The notes under the pieces: model-generated | Seen by the model: the letters and a program-made list of their open reading frames with translations, nothing else | What the model was told of the DNA's origin: nothing | Database searches by the model: none | In this document: positions 1 to 7,396 of the stretch, piece by piece | Position numbering within the stretch: position 1 is the first letter of the stretch | Layout of the letters: the number at the start of each line of letters is the position of its first letter | Program-made: the position numbers and the translations under genes | Source: a virus | Taxonomy: Duplodnaviria; Caudoviricetes | Direction: 5' to 3' (one strand) | Virus record (IMG/VR): IMGVR_UViG_3300032322_000313 | Coordinates: 1 to 52,197 of that record | DNA: 52,197 nt

Positions 1-1
1 A

Positions 2-529
2 GCGTGGGTTGATTCCATCCTTGATCGTCGCTTCATTCGCTCACGTTGGGGCGCACGCTCCGTAGAGATTAAACTAACAAACGGCTACGGCGGTGCGAAC
101 GCTTGGGGCAGTTACAAGATCACAGCCTCACGCGGTGCCCGTAACGAGTACGCGATGCTTCACGAAATCGCGCACACGCTAACGCCACGCGATGTTGGGC
201 ACGGACCCGAGTTCGCCGGGGTCCTGCTCTTCCTCGTACGCAACGTACTCGGGGCTGATGCACACAAAGCCCTGCTTACGGCTATGCGTGAACACGGCGT
301 TAAACGCAGTAATGCTGGCATCCCCAAGGTTAGGCCAGGCGATGCTGTCCCCAAGCCTGTCAAGGTGCGGGAACGTGAGGCAAAGAAGCGCGAACAGGAA
401 GAGGCGCGATTCAACATCATCCGTGAGGTTAATCGCGGCAACATTACTTGGAATCAAGTAATCGCTCTTGCGAAAGAAAAGCAGCGTCAAGCCGCCGAGT
501 TCAAGGCTGCATCACGCAGAGCCAAATAA
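2..529 (+). CDS. HEXXH metallohydrolase, TIGR04338/Rv0185-like (3' part; starts at 52157 across the circular junction)
   Basis: LHEIAH followed by HGPEF. Frame is open from base 2 and joins in frame to MRSKRDSQRSKVYA at 52157-52197, resembling the RDSQRxKVYAA N-terminus of this family. Confidence 0.75.
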   Translation, partial: AWVDSILDRRFIRSRWGARSVEIKLTNGYGGANAWGSYKITASRGARNEYAMLHEIAHTLTPRDVGHGPEFAGVLLFLVRNVLGADAHKALLTAMREHGVKRSNAGIPKVRPGDAVPKPVKVREREAKKREQEEARFNIIREVNRGNITWNQVIALAKEKQRQAAEFKAASRRAK

Positions 530-589
530 CCGAAACCCCGTGAGGGGTCCACCGGGATTCGCCACCCGGTGCTGATGAGGTAGGCGTAA
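529..589 (+). ncRNA. Type II hammerhead ribozyme HH1
   Basis: acc-GAAA-cccc(gtga)gggg-TC-caccggg(attcgcca)cccggtg-CTGATGA-ggt. Tail ggcg (583-586) pairs with loop cgcc (560-563). Predicted cleavage after C549. Confidence 0.95.
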
Positions 590-603
590 CGAAAGGGAAA
601 CCA

Positions 604-921
604 ATGCAGACAATCACGCTGCCGTCCTTCAAGAACATCACAAAGACCTACTGCGGATTGGGGGGATGCGCTTGCGGTTGCGGCGGCACCTACGTCGCTC
701 CCACGCACGCTGATGTTGATTCATACACGCCCCGCAATAACCGCACAGTCAAGATGCGGCTTACCAAGGTCATCAAGGCTTACGAGGCAAACCCTTCAAG
801 CGTTAGCGTGTTCCCCGGCTTCGGTAACGAGATGATCTGGGAGTACGTGTACGGGACGTACAGCGATCACAACGCGCTCGGACGGGTTGTCCGTATTTAC
901 GCCACGAAGGAGGAGGCGTGA
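604..921 (+). CDS. hypothetical early protein with GCACGCGG Cys motif
   Basis: ORF with CGAAAGGG RBS directly after HH1. Confidence 0.75.
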   Translation: MQTITLPSFKNITKTYCGLGGCACGCGGTYVAPTHADVDSYTPRNNRTVKMRLTKVIKAYEANPSSVSVFPGFGNEMIWEYVYGTYSDHNALGRVVRIYATKEEA

Positions 922-1223
922 ACACAATCAAGCGTCGCCGACCCGGACTCTACGACAGCGGGAACTACACGCTCGCAATCGGAAGCGACTGGCGGCACGA
1001 CGGATCACATCGACCATTCGTTATCGAAATCATTCGCAGGGTCTACACACCCGGCGCTGGCGCACCCAAGGGTGACGGCACTCATTACGACGCACTCACC
1101 TACAAGCGTTACCGCGCGGTTGTTCCTACGCTGCGTTTCGCAACCGCATTCCGCATCGGCGGTATCGCCATGATCACCTACCGCTGGCAGCAGCGGCTAC
1201 TCAACAAACTGGCAACAACATAA
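918..1223 (+). CDS. hypothetical protein
   Basis: GTG start, strong AGGAGG RBS, overlaps upstream stop. Confidence 0.65.
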   Translation: MNTIKRRRPGLYDSGNYTLAIGSDWRHDGSHRPFVIEIIRRVYTPGAGAPKGDGTHYDALTYKRYRAVVPTLRFATAFRIGGIAMITYRWQQRLLNKLATT

Positions 1224-1238
1224 CGAAAGGTAATCGTA

Positions 1239-1430
1239 ATGAACTACCTAGAGCAGCAGATCACACAGCAGCAAGCGCACCTTATGACTCTGGCTCAAAC
1301 CGCCCAAGCGTTGCACGGTGACCGTCCCGAGTTGTACGCGGCAATCATGGACGCTGATCGCGCCTTGGATAAAGCGTTCGCACTTGCCTGCGATACGGAT
1401 TACGCAACAGCCGTTGCGCTCACAGAATAG
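1239..1430 (+). CDS. hypothetical protein
   Basis: CGAAAGG RBS at 1224. Its stop codon overlaps HH2 stem II. Confidence 0.7.
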   Translation: MNYLEQQITQQQAHLMTLAQTAQALHGDRPELYAAIMDADRALDKAFALACDTDYATAVALTE

Positions 1431-1493
1431 TCGAAACCCCGCTACGGCGGGGTCGCGCAGAAATTACCTACTGCGCCTGACGAGACAGGTGAA
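1430..1493 (+). ncRNA. Type II hammerhead ribozyme HH2
   Basis: gtc-GAAA-ccccgc(tacg)gcgggg-TC-gcgcag(aaattaccta)ctgcgc-CTGACGA-gac. Tail aggt pairs with loop acct. Cleavage after C1454. Confidence 0.95.
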
Positions 1494-1507
1494 CGAAAGG
1501 GAAGCAC

Positions 1508-1756
1508 ATGGATATCAAAGAGATCGTAAAGCAGAGCGAAACATTTGTTGATAACTACCCACTGTCCTCGGACAACATGGGTGGGCGCTCCTATCGGGTA
1601 ATGCTGCACGCGGTAATGACAATGGCTCGCGAGTCAGGTGCCATTCGGACCGACGAGGATCACGACATCCTTCTCAGCCTGCTTGTGAAATCGGATATGG
1701 ATGCACAGCGCATCGGTTGGGAAACAGCCTTGAAGAATAACGAGGTTGCATCGTGA
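1508..1756 (+). CDS. hypothetical protein
   Basis: ORF with CGAAAGGGAAG RBS after HH2. Confidence 0.75.
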   Translation: MDIKEIVKQSETFVDNYPLSSDNMGGRSYRVMLHAVMTMARESGAIRTDEDHDILLSLLVKSDMDAQRIGWETALKNNEVAS

Positions 1757-1857
1757 AACTCACACGACGCGGCGAATACGCCATCGCAATCCTCGCAACA
1801 ACAATCATGCTCGCGGTCATGGGGATCGCGGGATGGATCGAAGGGGGTATGCAGTAA
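1753..1857 (+). CDS. small membrane peptide (MKLTRRGEYAIAILATTIMLAVMGIAGWIEGGMQ)
   Basis: Read manually. GTGA and TAATG overlaps with neighbours, basic N-terminus plus one hydrophobic helix. Confidence 0.65.
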   Translation: MKLTRRGEYAIAILATTIMLAVMGIAGWIEGGMQ

Positions 1858-2123
1858 TGAGTACCGCAACAGATACACAGCGCAAGACACTCACGGTCGG
1901 TGAGTTGATTAACGAGTTGTCGAAACTGGATCCGAACAAGCCGATCCTGTTCAGCGCAGCGTCAGCCGATTACTGGCAAACCCGGCTGGCGTACCGATTC
2001 ATCAACAACAACGTTCACGAAATGAACATCAAGTGGGACGAATACCACGGGGAATACTCAGTCCACGATCCTGAGGAGGACGACGATTATGACTACGACG
2101 GAACCGTCTACGTCTTTTGTTAA
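1857..2123 (+). CDS. hypothetical protein (MSTATDTQ..., LTVGELINELSKLDP)
   Basis: Translationally coupled ATG, acidic C-terminus. Confidence 0.7.
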   Translation: MSTATDTQRKTLTVGELINELSKLDPNKPILFSAASADYWQTRLAYRFINNNVHEMNIKWDEYHGEYSVHDPEEDDDYDYDGTVYVFC

Positions 2124-2234
2124 TAACGAGCCGATCAACGTGGCAACCGAAGAGGGGCGACGCCGCCTCGCAGAACTCGCGGCTAACGGACCAATCTTCA
2201 AGGTCCGCCATGCTTGCGATCAACGTACTGACTA

Positions 2235-2292
2235 GATCGAAACCCCGCGAGGGGTCCGGTACTGAATGGTGCCGCTGATGAGATCGTCAGTC
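2235..2292 (+). ncRNA. Type II hammerhead ribozyme HH3
   Basis: gatc-GAAA-cccc(gcga)gggg-TC-cggtac(tgaatg)gtgccg-CTGATGA-gatc. Tail tcag can pair with ctga at the stem I apex. Cleavage after C2256. Confidence 0.92.
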
Positions 2293-2311
2293 ACACGAAG
2301 GGGTAACGCTA

Positions 2312-3313
2312 ATGGCACACGAAATCGAAATCATGGAGGACGGCACCGCAGCGTTCTTCAGCAATCGCGAGGTTCCCTGGCACAACCTTGGCGTACTCAC
2401 CGATTCCGCGCAGACTGTGGACGATGCGCTGCGGCTCGCCATGTTGGACTGGACCGTTTACAAGAGTGAGGAACCAGTCACCACAACCGTTATCACCGAG
2501 AACGGTGTGGCTAACGTCCCGGTGCCCGACCGATTCGCCACCTACCGCGACCATCCCATCCTCGGTTTGCAGGGACTTGGCGTGGTCGGCAATCAGTACA
2601 CAGTCATCCAGAACCGTGAGGCGTTCGACTTCCTCAATCTGCTCGCTGATGAGTCCGGTGCTGTGTTCGAAACCGCTGGATCTCTGCGCGGTGGCACTCG
2701 CGTGTTCATGTCCATGAAGATGCCGCAGCACATCAGCATCGCCGATGGTACGGACACGGTAGACCTGTACCTTATTTGCACCACCAGCCACGACGGGACT
2801 CAAGCCTTCACGGTCTATCTGTCGGCGGTTCGCCCGGTTTGCGCCAACACGGTCCAGTTCGGACTTAATGGTGCCGCCCACAAGTGGCATATGAAGCACA
2901 CAAGCAGCATCAAGGGCAAGATCCAGCAGGCACGGGACACGCTCGGATTCGTTGTCGATTACGCCGATGCGTTCCAGCAGGCAGTCGATCAACTTGTTTC
3001 GCTGGAAATGACACGTTACGAGTTCCAGGGATTTACGGAGTCACTTCTTCCTACGAACAAGGATATGTCTACGCTTCAGATCTCACGCACCGAAGAGGCA
3101 CGCAGCGAAATCTTCGGACTCTGGAATGCGCCGACACAGCAGAACGTGGCTAATACGCGGTGGGCAGCGTTCAATGCCGTCACAGAGTGGGCTGATTGGT
3201 TTAAGCCTGTCAAGGCTGGTAAGCGTGACGAGGATCTTGTTCGCGCAGAGCGCGTGTTCAGCGGGGGCGTGGAGGGCATCAAGCAGAAGGCTTACGCACT
3301 CCTTTCCCGGTAA
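2312..3313 (+). CDS. DUF932 / TIGR03299 phage-plasmid family protein
   Basis: Motifs PWHNLG, VGNQYTVIQNREAF, FETAGSL, SHDG, RPVCANT, TRWAAFNAVTE. Confidence 0.9.
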   Translation: MAHEIEIMEDGTAAFFSNREVPWHNLGVLTDSAQTVDDALRLAMLDWTVYKSEEPVTTTVITENGVANVPVPDRFATYRDHPILGLQGLGVVGNQYTVIQNREAFDFLNLLADESGAVFETAGSLRGGTRVFMSMKMPQHISIADGTDTVDLYLICTTSHDGTQAFTVYLSAVRPVCANTVQFGLNGAAHKWHMKHTSSIKGKIQQARDTLGFVVDYADAFQQAVDQLVSLEMTRYEFQGFTESLLPTNKDMSTLQISRTEEARSEIFGLWNAPTQQNVANTRWAAFNAVTEWADWFKPVKAGKRDEDLVRAERVFSGGVEGIKQKAYALLSR

Positions 3314-3326
3314 CCGCCACCCAACG

Positions 3327-3367
3327 TGGGGCGGGAGGATATTCCTTCCCTTTCTCCTCCCGCCTCG
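3327..3367 (+). promoter_or_regulatory. 13-bp hairpin with pyrimidine loop complementary to the early-gene RBS
   Basis: tggggcgggagga / tcctcccgcctcg stem with loop tattccttccctttc. No U-tract follows. Confidence 0.6.
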
Positions 3368-3409
3368 CCTTGGCTTGCGGTTGCAGCCAATCATAGAAGG
3401 GTTATTCGC

Positions 3410-3814
3410 ATGGATTTCAAGCGCACATCTGAGGATTCATGGTCGTGCAGCGACGACCGCTATGGCATTCGTTTGGAGCGTGACCCGTGGATCCGCCCGG
3501 AGGGTTCCAATCCGCCCGTCTACGTCGTTTACATCGGCAAGTACGGGCCGTTCAGCCAGTCACCGCTGGCAACACTTACGGCGTTCGGTGCTGCCGTGGA
3601 TTACATCAAGCAGGATGCAGCCCTGCCCGTGTTTAACGAGGCTGGCGACTGCCGCTGGTGCGGGTTGTCGCAACTTGATTTGGCTAGTGCGCCGCGCTGG
3701 TGGTTTGGGTGCAACTTGTGCGAAACGGAAATGGAGCGCACAGCAGACAATCAGGACGAAATCGAACGCAGCATCGCGCAGCACGAACAGGAGTTCGAAC
3801 CGCTGCACGACTGA
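3410..3814 (+). CDS. hypothetical protein with CxxC...CxxC
   Basis: AGAAGGG RBS before MDFKRT, Cys pairs CRWC and CNLC. Confidence 0.65.
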   Translation: MDFKRTSEDSWSCSDDRYGIRLERDPWIRPEGSNPPVYVVYIGKYGPFSQSPLATLTAFGAAVDYIKQDAALPVFNEAGDCRWCGLSQLDLASAPRWWFGCNLCETEMERTADNQDEIERSIAQHEQEFEPLHD

Positions 3815-3879
3815 GCGGTGTGTCACACCATTCAAGGCAGCCTCAGAATGTAGGATGCCGTAACGAAAGAGGGGTTCGC

Positions 3880-4308
3880 ATGGCACGCAACATTGTTATT
3901 GACCTAGGACTGGTTTGCCCGTCCTGCCGCGAGTACGACGTATGCGGTGATGACTGCATCTGCCCGTCGTGCTGGTATCCAACACGATTCGATCCGAAAC
4001 AGCGCGACGATGCTGTTAATGCGTGGCGTTTCTTCGCCCCGGTAACCGCAGCGATGAACGAGGAGAATATCAACTGGGGATGGGCTACCGAAGAGAAGTA
4101 CCAGAACCGACTTGAGTTCAGCCTAGAGATCATAACAAAGGACGAGCGCTGGTACGAGGTCGTCAAGCACGACGGTAAGTATCTCGTTACGCATTGGCGC
4201 ATGAAGCCCGGATCGCGTGAGCGTGACGAGCCACCAGAGCCGATCCTTCTGGATGAGGTCATCGCTGATACACCGGACGAGGTTGTTAATCGCCTCGCTG
4301 ACCGTTAG
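3880..4308 (+). CDS. hypothetical zinc-ribbon protein
   Basis: CGAAAGAGGGG RBS, CPSC...CPSC. Confidence 0.65.
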   Translation: MARNIVIDLGLVCPSCREYDVCGDDCICPSCWYPTRFDPKQRDDAVNAWRFFAPVTAAMNEENINWGWATEEKYQNRLEFSLEIITKDERWYEVVKHDGKYLVTHWRMKPGSRERDEPPEPILLDEVIADTPDEVVNRLADR

Positions 4309-4315
4309 GACTTTG

Positions 4316-4525
4316 ATGCCGACCAACTATTTCACCGTCAGCGATATCGCTCGCATGTACGGCGTAACGCGCGGAACGATTACCGCGTACAAGGCGCGCG
4401 GTCATATGCCGCCGCCAGATATGCAGATCGGGCGTACTCCGGTCTGGACATTGGAAACACTCACCGCATGGCGACCAATCGCGGGTCGCAAGACACGAAA
4501 GGGTAGTACGGATGTTTCTAACTGA
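4316..4525 (+). CDS. helix-turn-helix DNA-binding protein (AlpA/excisionase-like)
   Basis: FTVSDIARMYGVTRGTITAY...MPPPDMQIGRTPVW. Confidence 0.8.
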   Translation: MPTNYFTVSDIARMYGVTRGTITAYKARGHMPPPDMQIGRTPVWTLETLTAWRPIAGRKTRKGSTDVSN

Positions 4526-5222
4526 CGAACAGTACGACCAACTACTGAAGCCAATCGCAGCGTCACGCATCGCACAGAGATCACAGTCAGGTGTAACGCT
4601 TTCGTATTTGGAGGCGTGGGACGTAAAGGCACACCTAATCCGCATCTTCGGATTCGGCAACTGGTCCGCTGATGTTCTCTCAGCCGAACTCATGTTCGAA
4701 GAGAAGGACGAGAAGGGCCGCTGGAATGTTGGGTACAAGGTAATCATGCGGCTGACGATTTACGGGGCAAGCGTCGATGACCCTGACGCCACCTACACGG
4801 AGGCTGCGGTCGGTTCAGCGACCCTAGGTAACCGTGGTGAGGCGCACGATATGGCCGTTAAGACCGCAGAGTCAGACGCCTTGAAGCGTGCAGCCATTAA
4901 CCTCGGCACACAGTTCGGCCTTAGTCTCTACGATAACGGCAACCGCAACGACGTTATCAAGAGAACGCTGAATCCCCCGGTTGGTTATGGACAGGGCGCA
5001 CCGCCACCCGACACCGCACCCAATCCTGCACTTATGCAGATGTTGGAGGCTTGGGTTGCAGAGTCAGAGGTCTGCGATGACCGCAACGATCTGAAGCAGA
5101 TTTGGGATACCGCTGACGAGGCGGGACAACTTGACACCCCGGTTAATGCGAACGGCGCAGGCACAACGCTACGCAACGTAATCCTTAACCGCCTTGACGA
5201 AATCGACAACGCTAATGAATAA
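4512..5222 (+). CDS. Rad52/Rad22-family (Sak) ssDNA-annealing recombinase
   Basis: LSYLEAWDV...IFGFGNWS and AVKTAESDALKRAAINLGTQFGLSLY. Confidence 0.9.
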   Translation: MFLTDEQYDQLLKPIAASRIAQRSQSGVTLSYLEAWDVKAHLIRIFGFGNWSADVLSAELMFEEKDEKGRWNVGYKVIMRLTIYGASVDDPDATYTEAAVGSATLGNRGEAHDMAVKTAESDALKRAAINLGTQFGLSLYDNGNRNDVIKRTLNPPVGYGQGAPPPDTAPNPALMQMLEAWVAESEVCDDRNDLKQIWDTADEAGQLDTPVNANGAGTTLRNVILNRLDEIDNANE

Positions 5223-5583
5223 GATCATCACACCAGCAGACGTAGAGGCGAAACTGATTTCGCTGAGTCGTGAATACGATGAGGCGCACGCGAGCCTGGA
5301 ACAAGCAGAACTCACCTACGCTAACGCTAAGTCGTTGTGGGAAATCAACAGCGCACGCATGAGACTGTCGATAGCCGCACGCGCACTTGATTCCGGTCGC
5401 AAGATCACCGTGCAGGAGCGTGACGATGAGGCACTACTGCGATGCCAGGATGAGTTAAGCGCACTCAATAATGCGGAGGCGGTGGTTCGCGCCTCACGCG
5501 CTAACACCCAACGGTTGCGTACACAGATTGATATTGCGCGGTCCGTAGGAACAAGCGTGCGCGCAGCGATGGATATGTCATGA
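5215..5583 (+). CDS. hypothetical coiled-coil protein
   Basis: Coupled ORF in the recombination module, helical composition. Confidence 0.7.
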   Translation: MNKIITPADVEAKLISLSREYDEAHASLEQAELTYANAKSLWEINSARMRLSIAARALDSGRKITVQERDDEALLRCQDELSALNNAEAVVRASRANTQRLRTQIDIARSVGTSVRAAMDMS

Positions 5584-5669
5584 ACTGGATCGACGTAATC
5601 GTCATTCTGATGGTATTCGCACTCGGATACTGGCTCGGAATGACCGGGGATGGAGAGGACAAGCGATGA
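5580..5669 (+). CDS. small membrane peptide
   Basis: MNWIDVIVILMVFALGYWLG..., ATGA overlaps on both sides (read manually). Confidence 0.5.
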   Translation: MNWIDVIVILMVFALGYWLGMTGDGEDKR

Positions 5670-5800
5670 GGGGATTCGTGGAACGGATGGAGTTCTTGGA
5701 GCGATTTGCGCCAGACGACACCGTTATCGGATACGACGAGGTTATCGAATCATTCCTTGACGACGCCGATGCGCGAAAGGATGCAGCGAAAGATGGATAA
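5666..5800 (+). CDS. small acidic hypothetical protein
   Basis: MRGFVERMEFLERFAPDD..., fills the gap, GGAGAGG RBS (read manually). Confidence 0.45.
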   Translation: MRGFVERMEFLERFAPDDTVIGYDEVIESFLDDADARKDAAKDG

Positions 5801-6443
5801 GGACTTCGTGATCTCGTTATTCAGTAACAAGACCAGCGCTCGGTCGATGCAGAAGGCAATCGGCCCAAGTGAGATCGGTGGGTGTAAGCGCCGAACGTGG
5901 CATCGCCTAGTGCAAACGCCACCAACAAACCCAGATACGTTGTCGATGGCAGCCTGGATGGGTACGGCGATCCATGACGCTATCGAACGCAAGATCAAGC
6001 GAACCGATAATCCCTTCGATCCGCGTTACCGCACGGAAATGGAAGTAACACACGACGGGTTGACCGGGCACGTTGATCTGTATGACACAGAGACATACGA
6101 GGTTGTCGATTGGAAGACCATCACAAAGAAGAAGATCAGTTACTTCCCGTCAAGCCAACAGCGCATGCAGGTACAAATCTACGGTTACCTGCTCACGCAG
6201 AATGGCTACCGCGTGGATAACGTGACACTCGTTGGCATCCCGCGTGACGGTAACGAACTTGATCTTGTCGTACATACGGAACCGTACGAGCCGTTGATTG
6301 CTCAGGAGGGTTTGGCGTGGGTGCGTAGCATCACCGACAACCTTGACGTTATTCCTGAGCCTGAGGAATCGCGGCGATTCTGTCAGGACTATTGCCAGTT
6401 CTTTGACCCATCGGGTGAGGTAGGTTGCCCCAGCCGAGGTTAA
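5793..6443 (+). CDS. Cas4-like PD-(D/E)XK exonuclease
   Basis: GPSEIGGC, GTAIH, GHVD...VVDWKT, QVQIY, C-terminal CxxxCxF...C. Confidence 0.85.
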   Translation: MDKDFVISLFSNKTSARSMQKAIGPSEIGGCKRRTWHRLVQTPPTNPDTLSMAAWMGTAIHDAIERKIKRTDNPFDPRYRTEMEVTHDGLTGHVDLYDTETYEVVDWKTITKKKISYFPSSQQRMQVQIYGYLLTQNGYRVDNVTLVGIPRDGNELDLVVHTEPYEPLIAQEGLAWVRSITDNLDVIPEPEESRRFCQDYCQFFDPSGEVGCPSRG

Positions 6444-6461
6444 CAGTCGAAAGGGTATTCG

Positions 6462-6899
6462 ATGAGTAACGAGGGGTTGTTCGCATTATCGGGAAGCGTT
6501 GATACGAGGCCGCACGCTTGCGGTGGTGAGGCTTGCCAAGTGTGCGCCCTTGATCGGGCACGCGGCATACCAACCGCTGAGAAACTAGCGCGGCGCACAG
6601 ATCCAGCCACTAGCAAAGAGGCTGCCGCATCCCTGCACCGTAATACGTTGTTGCGTTCGCTTCTGATTGAGTTTGGTCGCGCTGACCTAACGGCAGAAGA
6701 AGCGGGAACACGCGCAGGATTGGATGAAAGCAGCGGCTACTGGAAACGTGTTAGCGATTTGCTTAACGCGGGCTACATAGAGCCAGTTATCGTTGACGGC
6801 GAAATGCTGACGCGCATCGCGTCCTCAGGTCGCCAGCAACGTGTTCTCAGGATTACCAGTAAGGGCAGCGACCAACTATTCACAGACGGGGGTTTCTAA
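6462..6899 (+). CDS. winged-HTH DNA-binding protein (ARxTDPxTS family)
   Basis: ARRTDPATSKEAA...WKRVSDL...SSGRQQRV. Confidence 0.7.
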   Translation: MSNEGLFALSGSVDTRPHACGGEACQVCALDRARGIPTAEKLARRTDPATSKEAAASLHRNTLLRSLLIEFGRADLTAEEAGTRAGLDESSGYWKRVSDLLNAGYIEPVIVDGEMLTRIASSGRQQRVLRITSKGSDQLFTDGGF

Positions 6900-7315
6900 T
6901 GCAAACGTTTATGCCGTACGCGGACTATCGCGAGACTGCTTGGATCCTTGATCGGCAACGCCTAGGGAAGCAGCGCGTGGAGGCGTACCAAATCCTGCTC
7001 GCCCTCACGGGTAAACCCAGTCGCTGGATCAACCATCCCGCCACAAAGATGTGGGCAGGTTACGAAATCGAACTCTGCAACTATGCCATGACAATGTGCA
7101 GCGAGTGGATCAACCGAGGCTACAAGGACACGCTTCTGCCACGCTTCGATGCGTTCCGTTCTAGCGGTTGGCGCGACAACGGTAGACCCGAGTGGGTTGT
7201 TAACGACGATCTGCTTATTAGTCACCGCAGCAACCTTGTGCGTAAGATGCCCGAACACTACGCACGGATCTGGCCTACGGTGCCTAACGATTTGCCGTAC
7301 GTGTGGCCCGTGTAA
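6899..7315 (+). CDS. pyrimidine-dimer DNA glycosylase-like protein (MSMEG_6728 / T4 endonuclease V superfamily)
   Basis: MQTFMPY, LDRQRLGKQRVEAYQIL, HPATKMW, SHRSNLVRK, LPYVWP. Confidence 0.9.
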   Translation: MQTFMPYADYRETAWILDRQRLGKQRVEAYQILLALTGKPSRWINHPATKMWAGYEIELCNYAMTMCSEWINRGYKDTLLPRFDAFRSSGWRDNGRPEWVVNDDLLISHRSNLVRKMPEHYARIWPTVPNDLPYVWPV

Positions 7316-7396
7316 TTGTGTCGCTACATGCGTGTGGGCCGCTCAGTTATCGGGGGGAATACCGAGCGACCCACACGCGAACGAAAGGGTATTCGC

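Noticed and set aside
529-2292. Repeated GAAACCCC...GGGGTC elements as a CRISPR array or terminators
   Set aside because: Spacing is gene-sized, there is no U-tract, and the full hammerhead core with three stems explains them.
2645-2675. CTGATGAG...CGAAAC inside DUF932 as a sixth hammerhead
   Set aside because: No stem II, I or III pairing and it lies in coding sequence.
2309-2992. Long antisense or alternate-frame ORFs (e.g. 2309-2992, 3126-3863, 27291-28004, 45898-47289)
   Set aside because: They shadow well-supported genes in a GC-rich genome and have no motifs or RBS.
4316-4525. Excisionase-like HTH and ParB as a lysogeny or partition module
   Set aside because: No integrase, repressor pair, att site or ParA was recognised.
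5793-6443. Cas4-like gene as evidence of CRISPR-Cas
   Set aside because: No other cas genes or array. Stand-alone Cas4-like nucleases beside annealases are common in phages.
6444-6461. AGTCGAAAGGG resembling the start of the ribozyme cassettes
   Set aside because: Only the RBS motif is present, with no stems and no CTGANGA.
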